Below, one piece after another: positions 9,788-19,063 of a DNA stretch of 64,000 bases. A program made the position numbers and the translations under genes. The notes beneath the pieces are model-generated. The model saw only the letters and a program-made list of their open reading frames with translations, had not been told where the DNA came from and made no database searches. This DNA comes from Nanobdellota archaeon (GTDB lineage Archaea > Nanobdellota > Nanobdellia > Pacearchaeales > GW2011-AR1), in NCBI GenBank assembly GCA_038045385.1, contig JBBSYE010000003.1, forward strand, positions 21,347-85,346, written 5' to 3'. How positions within the stretch are numbered: position 1 is the stretch's first letter; the number at the start of each line of letters is the position of its first letter.

Positions 9788-9933
9788 CCGAACCTCAAAA
9801 GATTTCTAAAAAATTCAATTGCGCCCTCGTATTTCCCAGAAAGAACCATATAAATCCCCATCACTATCACAAGCACCAAAACGCCAATAATTAACTTAGT
9901 AAAAAAATCCCACGCTTGTCCTCTTCCAACCAT
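9784..9933 (-). CDS. mini-pilin (49 aa) with a class III signal; first gene of the pilin operon
   Basis: Not in the ORF track (<60 aa). MVGRGQ|AWDFFTKLIIGVLVLVIVMGIYMVLSGKYEGAIEFFRNLLRFG. Its TGA overlaps the ATG of the next gene (ATGA at 9784-9787). Confidence 0.55.
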   Translation of the reverse strand: MVGRGQAWDFFTKLIIGVLVLVIVMGIYMVLSGKYEGAIEFFRNLLRFG

Positions 9934-10006
9934 TAAACCTTTAGTATATAGAGAATTATAAACCTAACCTTTATAACAACCAACTCATAATAATAATTGA
10001 AAAGAG

Positions 10007-12160
10007 ATGAGTTCAACAGACGACATTCTAAGAAAGTATAGCTCAAGGATAGAGTCCGAGATTTCTAGCAGTAGCGACTCAAGTGAGTATCTCCAATTCA
10101 AAGAGGACATGCTTCCAGAAATTTCACGTTATCGTAGGTGGACTCAAACTCTCGGCAACATAATAAAACTAAAAGTCTCCACAAAAGACGCCATAAGATT
10201 GCAACGCCAACTAGATATCGCTCATCTTGAAGTAACTCCAAGCCAAGCGTTAACTTTGGCAGTATTCTCTTTATTAGTAATTTTCTTCACAGTTATGCTT
10301 AGTTCTGTTGCAATATTCTTTATCACAGATGAAATTCCACTACTCTTTGCATTTCTCGGAATGCTAACAAGCGTCTTCGTATTCTACTACACATATTCCA
10401 TGCCTAAAAGATTAGCGAGCGAATGGCGACTCAAAACAAGCTCGCAAATGGTTCCAGCAATATTATACATAGTAGTCTATATGAAACACACCTCAAATCT
10501 AGAGCGAGCAATAGAATTCGCTTCAAATCACCTTGAAGCTCCGCTCTCCTTAGATTTAAAAAAAGTTTTCTGGGACGTAGAAGTCGGCAGATTCTCAAGT
10601 CTAAAACAATCTCTAGATAGCTACTTAGAAACCTGGAGAGATTACGCTCCTGAATTCATTGAAGCATTTCATCTTATTGAATCAAGTCTTTTGGAACCAT
10701 CAGACTCAAGAAGAGTTCAAACTCTAGAAAAAGCACTCCAAGTAATTTTAGACGGAGTTTATGAAAAAATGCTCAAGTATAGCCGAGAGATTCGGTCACC
10801 TCTGACAAATATCTACATGCTCGGCATAATATTACCAACTCTCGGTCTGGCCTTATTGCCTTTGGCATCAACACTTTTAGGCGGGGTCTTCCAATGGACT
10901 CACGTTTTCATAATTTTCAACATCTTAATCCCCTTCTTCGTATTTTACATGACCTCTGAAGTTCTGTTAAAAAGACCAGGAGGTTATGGCGAATCTTCCG
11001 TCCTAGAAAAAAATCCGCAATATTACACTTTCATCTCAAAAAAACCCTGGATAAAAGCTTCATTCGTCGCAATACCTCTAATTCTACTAGGATTATTGCC
11101 ATTTATATTTCAAATTAACTTTCTCACCTCTACTCTCGGACTCGACTCAGACTATACTCTATCAGAAATAGGCCTAAACATTCTCGGCGAAGCATCATCA
11201 ACAATAAAGATATTTGACTTTAAACAGCTTGATGGAGAAACAATAGGACCATTTGGCCCAATAGGAGTTCTATTAAGTTTATTCATACCAATCGGGTTAG
11301 CCCTATTCTTTTACATAGCCTATTCAGAAAAAACAAAATCACTAATAATAGCAAGAAATGAAACAAAAGAGTTAGAGAACGAATTCACAAATTCCCTCTT
11401 CCAGTTGGGAAACAGACTAGGTGATGGCTTACCTGCTGAAATAGCATTTGCCCGTGTAGCAAGCACAACACAAGGCCAAAGAACACAACAATTTTTCTCT
11501 TTAGTAAATCAAAATATTCAACAATTAGGAATGTCAGTAAATGACGCACTATTCCATCCAAGAAGAGGCGCAATAATATTTTTCCCTTCTGCATTAATCG
11601 CAACAAGCATGAAAATTCTAGTAGAATCTGCAAAAAAAGGATTAGAAGTTGCCGCACGCTCTCTAATGTCAATTTCAGAATACGTCAAGAACATACATAA
11701 AATTGAAGAACGCCTCCGAGATTTGCTAGCAGAAGTAGTCTCGGATATGAAATCAAATATGACCTTTCTCGCTCCTTTGCTAGCAGGCGTTGTCGTCGGA
11801 CTTTCAGCAATGATAACTTCCATTCTCAATAGATTACAAATAATCGCAGACTTGAGCACTCAAGAAGAAAGCCTTGGAGGACTCGGCAGCTTAAGCGATA
11901 TAATAAGCGTATTTGATGTAAAACAAATGATTCCTCCTTACTTCATTCAAGTCTCAATCGGCATTTACATAATAGAAATAATTTTTATTCTCACTTCCGC
12001 CCTAGTAACCGTGGATGCTGGCCGTGACCCTCTAAAAGAAAAAAGCGAATTAGCAAAGAATCTAAAACGCGGAATAACTCTATACATAATTACCGCAATA
12101 ATATCAACAATCTCGCTAATGATTCTATCAATTGTAGCCCTAGGCGGAATCGCAACTTAA
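10007..12160 (+). CDS. polytopic pilus-assembly platform protein (FlaJ/TadC/PilC-like)
   Basis: A 717-aa protein with about 9 TM helices that alternate with two large soluble domains, giving a duplicated architecture. It lies between the pilin operon and the secretion ATPase. Confidence 0.55.
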   Translation: MSSTDDILRKYSSRIESEISSSSDSSEYLQFKEDMLPEISRYRRWTQTLGNIIKLKVSTKDAIRLQRQLDIAHLEVTPSQALTLAVFSLLVIFFTVMLSSVAIFFITDEIPLLFAFLGMLTSVFVFYYTYSMPKRLASEWRLKTSSQMVPAILYIVVYMKHTSNLERAIEFASNHLEAPLSLDLKKVFWDVEVGRFSSLKQSLDSYLETWRDYAPEFIEAFHLIESSLLEPSDSRRVQTLEKALQVILDGVYEKMLKYSREIRSPLTNIYMLGIILPTLGLALLPLASTLLGGVFQWTHVFIIFNILIPFFVFYMTSEVLLKRPGGYGESSVLEKNPQYYTFISKKPWIKASFVAIPLILLGLLPFIFQINFLTSTLGLDSDYTLSEIGLNILGEASSTIKIFDFKQLDGETIGPFGPIGVLLSLFIPIGLALFFYIAYSEKTKSLIIARNETKELENEFTNSLFQLGNRLGDGLPAEIAFARVASTTQGQRTQQFFSLVNQNIQQLGMSVNDALFHPRRGAIIFFPSALIATSMKILVESAKKGLEVAARSLMSISEYVKNIHKIEERLRDLLAEVVSDMKSNMTFLAPLLAGVVVGLSAMITSILNRLQIIADLSTQEESLGGLGSLSDIISVFDVKQMIPPYFIQVSIGIYIIEIIFILTSALVTVDAGRDPLKEKSELAKNLKRGITLYIITAIISTISLMILSIVALGGIAT

Positions 12161-12213
12161 CATCCAATCAAAATTAAAAGGCCCCATGCAATATAATAAA
12201 AACAAGTAATCTC

Positions 12214-12498
12214 CTATTTCTTCCTTTTCTTATTATTAAAAAGAATACAAATGAGAAGGTAAAATAATGCAAAATAAAATAGCCATAAAACAGGATATTT
12301 AAATCCAAATAGTACTGGAATAAAAAAAACCATTCCAATCTGTCCACAAGCTAAAGAAGTCCCATTAAAATCTAGATAGGTAGGTTGACAGACAAATCCT
12401 AAAGCTCCAAATAAAATAAGCAATATAATGGAAGTAGTTATCTTCCAGAAAGTAGGTTTAAAAAATTCTTTCCAATTAAAAAGAAAACTAGAATTCAC
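12214..12498 (-). CDS. small membrane protein
   Basis: A 94-aa ORF with 3 predicted TM segments. Its ATG overlaps the ATPase stop (4-nt overlap). Confidence 0.35.
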   Translation of the reverse strand: MNSSFLFNWKEFFKPTFWKITTSIILLILFGALGFVCQPTYLDFNGTSLACGQIGMVFFIPVLFGFKYPVLWLFYFALFYLLICILFNNKKRKK

Positions 12499-14720
12499 TT
12501 ACTAATCTCCTGCATCAACCATTGTTTCCATCTTGGAAAAACTTCCTGGCTCAAAGGCAACCCTTTCTCTCTAGTCACTTCATCGCAAATACTATGAAAA
12601 ACATTATTTGAAAGAGAATTAAATTTCGCCTCAAGAAGCCATAGCTTTTTACTCTTAACGGCAACATCAACAATCTCCTGTTTTATCTTCCCTCTTAAAA
12701 TAATATTATCATAAACCGCATCCCAATTTCCAGCCCATCCCTTAACTTGAGAAGCAACAGACTTTATCACTTCAGATTCACCATTAATCAAAGCATCAGT
12801 TGGCTCAAGCTCATCAGTTTCAACATTATATTTAAGCAAATCGACAAATCCATTCTCCTCCAGCGGGTCTTTTGACCAATGCTTTCTAACTTCCGAAATC
12901 TGAATAACTCTTTTCATCGAGTGAAGCCCGTCAGGCGTTTTTATCGGATTAGCGACGACAATAATATCAGTCGCTTTAAAGCTAGTAACCGGAACGCCAA
13001 GATCATTAACAAGTCTATCAAAAACTCCATAAGGCGAAGCTCCATGAATAGTTCCAGCAACTACATTCGCCAGCGCTCCAACCCTCATCGCTTCATAAAG
13101 AGATTTAGCCTCCGAACTTCTAACCTCTCCAACTATCAAAGCGCTATCTCCCAAACGCAAGCTAGCGCGAATTCCCTCTGAAGCTTCAACTTCCGTAGTC
13201 GTGTCAAGAAGCGCGCTTCTAACTTTCATACGTTGAATATTAAAAACAAGTTTTCTAAGCGAATCTACAGGCAATTCAAGCGTATCCTCAATTACAAGCA
13301 CACGATATTTAGGCAAAATTTCAAGCATCAAACTACCCAAGAGAGAGGTTTTACCCGAGCTTCTCGTTCCAGCAATCAACATCGTTCTAGATCCATCAAT
13401 TAAAAAACTCAAAAGCCCAGCTGCAAAAGAACTAATCATTTTATTATGTACAAACAAAGGCAATGTCCACGGCTCATCTCTGGGCCTTCTTATAGCATAC
13501 GCAATTCCCTGCGGAGATAGTGGTCTTTGAATTGCTGCAACTCTCGCTCTAACTTTTCCGTAATACAAATCAGTATCCAAAATTGGATTTGCCTCATCTA
13601 GCGGTCTACCAGATTGCAATCTCAACTTTGCAGCCCAAGATTCAGCATCTTCATAACTTGGAATTATATTAGTAACGCACTCTCCATAAACTGCATGTCT
13701 TATAAAAACTGGATTTTGTGCAAGAGGCGCATTGAGAAAAACATCCTGCAAGTTTTCATCAAAAAGCAAAACCTCAATCAGTCCAAAACCAATAGTCTGT
13801 CTAACAAGAATCTTTGCCAAATTTTGCAATTCATTGTAACTTAAATTTATTTTCTTACTCTGCGCCAACTCGCTCAATAAATCTCTAGCGACATTAAAGA
13901 AAACCCCCCTAGTTCTCTCAGGGTCTGTAAATTCTTCTGCTTTTGGCTGATGCTCAATCAAAACCTGTCGCCCAAGATTCAAAAGTAAATGATGCTCCTC
14001 GCTTAAAGCATATTCAGGAGGCATAATATGATAAAAATAAGAAGTATCATTCTCCAACTTCAATATTGTAACAATTACCTCTTCCTCGTCCGCTTTCAAA
14101 CTATACTGGTGAACTAGCTCGGCATTCTCAGGCAACTGTGCAACAAGTCTTGTAAAAGTAAAATTAGGCAATATATCTGGCCTAAATATTGAAGAATAAA
14201 TCTCTCTAGTGGCGCCAGATTCCGTAACGAATCTCTTTATCAAATTTGTCTTTTCAAATAATTCTTTAATTCTCTCTAAAAATCTCAAGAGATTCAAATC
14301 TCCCCCCTCAAGCGAAGCGATTCTCCTTTTCAAGGCAAAATAAGAACCTAATGGATCTCTCCTTAGAAGATTAACATAATGAGAAATTTCCTCATAAGCC
14401 CCCTGCTGTAGCCCAAACATAGCCATCTTACTAGGCGAAAGCACATTCTCTTGTTTTATCAAATGCGTATAAAGTCCAGCAATTTCAGCCAACAACGCAA
14501 CTTGCTCAAATGGATAATGATAATTTCTCTGTTGAACAAAAACTATTCTTGAAACATTCGGATTTTTAGTAAGAGTATCAATAGTTCTCTCCATCACATC
14601 TCCAGAATCAGATATAGACGGCACAAAACTAGCGCCAAGATAATTAACATAAAGAACACTCTCTCCCTCTTTCCTATCTATCTCAATGCCATAAAGCGGA
14701 GCGTTCTGTTTGAAAAGCAT
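12495..14720 (-). CDS. type II/IV secretion-system ATPase (FlaI/PilB/VirB11 superfamily)
   Basis: Walker A IAGTRSSGKTSLLGS, Walker B/Asp box RVLVIEDTLEL, His box AGTIHGASP. At 741 aa it has a long N-terminal region. Confidence 0.8.
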   Translation of the reverse strand: MLFKQNAPLYGIEIDRKEGESVLYVNYLGASFVPSISDSGDVMERTIDTLTKNPNVSRIVFVQQRNYHYPFEQVALLAEIAGLYTHLIKQENVLSPSKMAMFGLQQGAYEEISHYVNLLRRDPLGSYFALKRRIASLEGGDLNLLRFLERIKELFEKTNLIKRFVTESGATREIYSSIFRPDILPNFTFTRLVAQLPENAELVHQYSLKADEEEVIVTILKLENDTSYFYHIMPPEYALSEEHHLLLNLGRQVLIEHQPKAEEFTDPERTRGVFFNVARDLLSELAQSKKINLSYNELQNLAKILVRQTIGFGLIEVLLFDENLQDVFLNAPLAQNPVFIRHAVYGECVTNIIPSYEDAESWAAKLRLQSGRPLDEANPILDTDLYYGKVRARVAAIQRPLSPQGIAYAIRRPRDEPWTLPLFVHNKMISSFAAGLLSFLIDGSRTMLIAGTRSSGKTSLLGSLMLEILPKYRVLVIEDTLELPVDSLRKLVFNIQRMKVRSALLDTTTEVEASEGIRASLRLGDSALIVGEVRSSEAKSLYEAMRVGALANVVAGTIHGASPYGVFDRLVNDLGVPVTSFKATDIIVVANPIKTPDGLHSMKRVIQISEVRKHWSKDPLEENGFVDLLKYNVETDELEPTDALINGESEVIKSVASQVKGWAGNWDAVYDNIILRGKIKQEIVDVAVKSKKLWLLEAKFNSLSNNVFHSICDEVTREKGLPLSQEVFPRWKQWLMQEISK

Positions 14721-14798
14721 TAATCAATCCAACAGGGTAAAGTTAAATAGATTTCTATAGGACAAAACCATTATAAACATCACGTCCTTAAAATTAAC

Positions 14799-15113
14799 AT
14801 GCCTGAAGAATATCCTCAAGTTAGCCTTCAAAATGATTCCCAAATGCGTATTCGCGATATGGAAGAAAAACAAAGACTTCTTAAAGAAAGAGTTATTCTT
14901 ATTGGTCAGAATTTAGTCTCAACAAAAGAAGAAATTCTTGAAAACCTTATAATGCTAAAAAAGATGGCCTTTGAAACAAGAGAAGAACAAATTAAAATGA
15001 AAGAATTTCTCCAAAGGCTAGCGCAACAATCTGATGAGCTAGCAAGAAAAGAAGAGCTACTTATTTTGCAAAGACAACTAGACTTGATGCGTAATTCCAG
15101 AGGTAACGAATAA
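14799..15113 (+). CDS. coiled-coil protein, unknown function
   Basis: A 104-aa protein with heptad-rich sequence, divergent from the ATPase gene. Its stop overlaps the next ATG by 1 nt. Confidence 0.45.
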   Translation: MPEEYPQVSLQNDSQMRIRDMEEKQRLLKERVILIGQNLVSTKEEILENLIMLKKMAFETREEQIKMKEFLQRLAQQSDELARKEELLILQRQLDLMRNSRGNE

Positions 15114-15772
15114 TGGCACTAATCGAAGACGTCCAATCAATGCAATCTCAAGGAATGAGCGAAGACCAGATAATACAATTAATGCGTCAAAGAGGTATGA
15201 AATACAAAGACATAGCAGATGCATTATCTCAAACAAAAATAAAATCCGCTATCGAGCAGCCAGCACAAGATCCCTCTTATAACGTGAGAGAAGAATCTGA
15301 CATGCAAGCATCAATAATGAATCAGCAAGCCCCTATGCCCGGACAAGAAGCACAAATGCAATATAGCCAACAACAAGCTCCAGTTCCAATGCCCGCTCAA
15401 GAATATGCTTATTCTCCTCAATACGAACAACAACAACAATATCCACAACAATATCAAGGTGTAAGCTCTGAAGTTATAACTGAAATCTCCGAGCAAGTAG
15501 TTACAGAAAAATTATCAGAAATAAGAAAATATCTTGAAAAAGTTATTGACATAAGGTCTATGCTTGAAGCTAAAATCGAATCAATGGACGAGCGATTAAA
15601 GAGAATTGAAAAAACAATAGATATCCTTCAAAGCTCAATTCTTCGCAAAGTTGGAGATTATGTGACAAACGTTCAAGATATAAAAAATGAACTTATTGAA
15701 ACACAGAAAACATTCTCTAAACTCCTACCAAGAAACGCAAAGCACGAGCCAGAGCATCAAAAGTCTCATTAA
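15113..15772 (+). CDS. Q/P-rich linker plus C-terminal coiled-coil protein, unknown function
   Basis: It has an N-terminal small helical domain (MALIEDVQSMQSQGMSEDQIIQLMRQRGMKYKDIADALS). A low-complexity segment follows (QAPMPGQEAQMQYSQQQAPVPMPAQEYAYSPQYEQQQQYPQQYQ). The C-terminus is a long coiled coil. Confidence 0.5.
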   Translation: MALIEDVQSMQSQGMSEDQIIQLMRQRGMKYKDIADALSQTKIKSAIEQPAQDPSYNVREESDMQASIMNQQAPMPGQEAQMQYSQQQAPVPMPAQEYAYSPQYEQQQQYPQQYQGVSSEVITEISEQVVTEKLSEIRKYLEKVIDIRSMLEAKIESMDERLKRIEKTIDILQSSILRKVGDYVTNVQDIKNELIETQKTFSKLLPRNAKHEPEHQKSH

Positions 15773-15791
15773 ATTATATTTTCAAAATATT

Positions 15792-16292
15792 CTATTTAGC
15801 CTTCATAACGACCCAACTTACAAGTCCTGCAACCACAAGCAATAGCACGGCACCAACAACCCTCGGTGAAAACAACAAGTCAGAAGTATCATTTCCAATA
15901 TAAGAATCGCTAAAAGGAACATATTCAGAGATAACAGAAGAATAAACAACAAATCCAGATATAAGAAATATCAATGCGGCAATTATAACCGCCCCCACTC
16001 CAACACGCGAAACAAACTTGCTATCCTCTTTCATTCCCAAAAATCCAGTCAGCATCAAAATAAAAAATAAAGATATAACCAAAGCGGCAATCCAAGGCGT
16101 TATAGTAAGAACATAATCAACCACTCCTCCTGCAGCAATGAATAATGTAGCCATCGCAAGCCCAACAAAAACAGCTAGCCACTTATAATCTCCAAGTAGT
16201 TTAGTCTTTACAAGAACTGCAACAATCACAATAAATACAAGCAAGTAAGCAAGAATCGGCGCAAAATAAGGGACAAAAGATAAATCTACCAT
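15792..16292 (-). CDS. membrane protein, member 3 of a tandem paralog family
   Basis: Five to six TM segments. Shared N-terminal motif: ILAYLLVFIVIVAVLVKTKLLGD. Confidence 0.55.
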   Translation of the reverse strand: MVDLSFVPYFAPILAYLLVFIVIVAVLVKTKLLGDYKWLAVFVGLAMATLFIAAGGVVDYVLTITPWIAALVISLFFILMLTGFLGMKEDSKFVSRVGVGAVIIAALIFLISGFVVYSSVISEYVPFSDSYIGNDTSDLLFSPRVVGAVLLLVVAGLVSWVVMKAK

Positions 16293-16304
16293 TTTTAATA
16301 TTAT

Positions 16305-16886
16305 TTAGTGCCCCTTTTGTGCAGGAAACTCGTCATTCCTCAAAAATCCAACGGGAAGAGTTATTCTCCTTTCGGCATCCGTTTTTTTACTAGGGTCACT
16401 TAAGAAGAATCCTAATAGCAACACAAGCACAACAACCCAAAGAATAGAAGTCCAGTTCTCCTGCCACCAGAAAGAGCCATACCAATTATTATTATTCAAA
16501 ACTATAATTGCAACAACAACTCCAATTCCAAGACCTGCCCACATCATGGTATTATAAAAGGCAGTAGCATTCTTATCAGCAATAAACAATCCAGCGAGTA
16601 TTACCACTGCGAGTATTACCGCGAGCCCAATCGCAAAATTAGGAAATAGTTCAGTGAAAAACTGCGAAACAATCGGCGTTCTTATAGCCAAAAGCGAAAT
16701 AGACAAAGCGATAAGCATATTTATTCCTCTGTTAGCACCCATAATTCTCGTAGTACTTAGCACTCCAAAAATTACAGCAAAAATTAACAAAGCAGGAAGA
16801 AGAAACTCAAAAATTCCAGCAGCTTCCCATTGAAAATACAAATCTTGTAAAGAAAGTATAGCCATAAATTCCCCAAGTATCATCAC
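16305..16886 (-). CDS. membrane protein, member 2 of a tandem paralog family
   Basis: Motif: FLLPALLIFAVIFGVLSTTRIMG. Confidence 0.55.
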   Translation of the reverse strand: MMILGEFMAILSLQDLYFQWEAAGIFEFLLPALLIFAVIFGVLSTTRIMGANRGINMLIALSISLLAIRTPIVSQFFTELFPNFAIGLAVILAVVILAGLFIADKNATAFYNTMMWAGLGIGVVVAIIVLNNNNWYGSFWWQENWTSILWVVVLVLLLGFFLSDPSKKTDAERRITLPVGFLRNDEFPAQKGH

Positions 16887-16928
16887 ATAAATAACAAAAG
16901 TCTATTTAAATATGTTTCCAAAAATTAC

Positions 16929-17441
16929 TCATTCCTTCTTATCCTTTCCGCCCCATACGGCCATCCCGACAGCCACAGCTATAACAACAATAAAAATTGC
17001 ATTAACTAAAATCGAAGATGTCCCATCCGCATCATAAAAGAAATTATCTCTCAAATATATCCATCCCCCAGTAGCAGAAAGCAGAACAACTATCACGCCA
17101 AGCGCAACAAGCCCTCCAATAACGGCCATCACATACTTATGAACCTCAAACTTCTTATCTCCATGGAAAGTCATACCATATAAAATCATAAACACTAATA
17201 TAACAATCGCAGATACTGCCAAGAAAGGCACAAGAGTGATTATAATTCCAGTAGCATATCCAAATGAAATAACAATCAAACCAACTGCAAGCGCAACAAG
17301 CGCATCAATCTGTTTCTTTCCATCTCCAAGAATTTTAGTCTTTTGAAGTATAGCAAAAATCACAACAAACACAAGTAAAAAAGGCAGAATAACTTCTTGA
17401 ACAAACGGTGTATTTATTATTGTCTCAGCCATCACAAGCAA
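16929..17441 (-). CDS. membrane protein, member 1 of a tandem paralog family
   Basis: Motif: VILPFLLVFVVIFAILQKTKILGD. Confidence 0.55.
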   Translation of the reverse strand: MLVMAETIINTPFVQEVILPFLLVFVVIFAILQKTKILGDGKKQIDALVALAVGLIVISFGYATGIIITLVPFLAVSAIVILVFMILYGMTFHGDKKFEVHKYVMAVIGGLVALGVIVVLLSATGGWIYLRDNFFYDADGTSSILVNAIFIVVIAVAVGMAVWGGKDKKE

Positions 17442-17473
17442 TAGAACGATTTGTATTTAAAGATTTGGGCTAA

Positions 17474-18448
17474 TCATCCAGTTATTCTAAATGGATAATG
17501 ATCTAACTTTAGACAATCATCAAAAACATTCAAAATCTCAATATCTTTAATTAAATGGCCAAATCTGCTACGGATCTCCGCAATCGCAGCTTGTAAAAGT
17601 TTTGCATTTTCAATTTCATAAATTAGCTCTAAATTCCAAGAACCCAATACCTTTATTGCAAAGATAATATTCAAGTGGTCCTTACAATAAGAAAAGAAAG
17701 AGGCCATTTCATCAGAAGTAGAACTAGAAGTAGAAATATTGATTTGGAAAGACTCTAGCCCTAGCAAGGAAACATCGGGAACAATAGTAGACCCCGCTAT
17801 AATCTCGTTCTTAACAAGTTTCCTTATAGTATAAAGAACGGTAGAAAGAGGTGAATTAATAGAATCAGCTATATCTGCGGCTGTAACTCGAGAATTTTTA
17901 GTTAAACTTTGCAAAACTTTCTTTTCAATAAGCGACGGAGTATAAGCCCCTAAGATGGCTGGAACAACTTCATCATCAGCAGGCGGTTGTAGCTTTATAA
18001 GATATTTTCGATTATACTTATGAGGCTCAAGTTTAATGATAAAAGTAATATCGGCTAAAAAAGAATGATACTTATTAATAATATTTTTCAGAACTCTATC
18101 AAAATCTAATGGATCTTTAGCAAAAAGAGAAAAGGCAAGATCAAATCTTCCGCCTAATTCCGAAATCCAATAAACAGATTCATGATTCTGCAAATAACGC
18201 TTCAACTCCTCCTTCCTTAAGTCAGTTATAGAATTATATTTACAATAAACAGAATATCCTAGATAACCCAAGCGAGTAAAATTCAAGTAAGTAGCAAATT
18301 TCCTGATAACCTTATTTTCTACAAGGCGATTAACTCTATAACGAGTTGCTTCCTTGCCCAATCCAACTTTTCTTCCTAATTGCGAGAATGTTAAACGAGA
18401 ATCCTTATCCAATTCGTAAAGTATCTTAAGATCTTTTTTATCAAGCAT
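17474..18448 (-). CDS. Lrp/AsnC-family transcriptional regulator with two tandem HTH modules
   Basis: First module: DKKDLKILYELDKDSRLTFSQLGRKVGLGKEATRYRVNRLVENKVIRKF. Second module: EKKVLQSLTKNSRVTAADIADSINSPLSTVLYTIRKLVKNEII. Confidence 0.7.
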   Translation of the reverse strand: MLDKKDLKILYELDKDSRLTFSQLGRKVGLGKEATRYRVNRLVENKVIRKFATYLNFTRLGYLGYSVYCKYNSITDLRKEELKRYLQNHESVYWISELGGRFDLAFSLFAKDPLDFDRVLKNIINKYHSFLADITFIIKLEPHKYNRKYLIKLQPPADDEVVPAILGAYTPSLIEKKVLQSLTKNSRVTAADIADSINSPLSTVLYTIRKLVKNEIIAGSTIVPDVSLLGLESFQINISTSSSTSDEMASFFSYCKDHLNIIFAIKVLGSWNLELIYEIENAKLLQAAIAEIRSRFGHLIKDIEILNVFDDCLKLDHYPFRITG

Positions 18449-18541
18449 TTATGTCAAAAAGCAATAAAGTATATAATTATTTGCTTTAAAGCTTAAAAAT
18501 AGATAAAAAGGATTAATTATACCCAATAAACATGAGAAAAT

Positions 18542-19063
18542 ATGGAATTAAAGCTAGAAAGCGAAGTAATTGTTGTAAATCAGAGAAATCTCGGAAAGTA
18601 CTTGAAGACAGCAGAGCGACTAACCAGAATAAGTAGAGAGAAAGAATCGGGTCATAATAGAGAACCCTACCGAATGATTCTGCCTTTGATAAAAGAAGGG
18701 TGGATAGAATTCGGATATCACTCTACCCATTTATATGATTCATATCGTTCAGAGGAAAAAACAATTGATTATAATCTTGGGTACTCCACAGCTGCAAAAA
18801 TAATGGATAATCATCTTGCCCTTTATCAAAATAAGGGAAATGGATTTAATATCATAGGCATAGAAGACTTGGAAAATAAAACAAGGGCCTATGAAAGACT
18901 AAAAAAAATATGTATTGAACAGGCAAAAGAAGATCTTGATCAACGTCAAAGAGTCTCTTGGAAGAAAAAATATATTTTCGATATGACTTCAATAAATCTA
19001 AAAAATATAACAGACAAAGGCATGCTTTTCAGAACATGGAAGGGAAGGATAATAGAATTTTAA
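18542..19063 (+). CDS. hypothetical protein
   Basis: A long ORF with no recognised motif. Confidence 0.4.
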   Translation: MELKLESEVIVVNQRNLGKYLKTAERLTRISREKESGHNREPYRMILPLIKEGWIEFGYHSTHLYDSYRSEEKTIDYNLGYSTAAKIMDNHLALYQNKGNGFNIIGIEDLENKTRAYERLKKICIEQAKEDLDQRQRVSWKKKYIFDMTSINLKNITDKGMLFRTWKGRIIEF

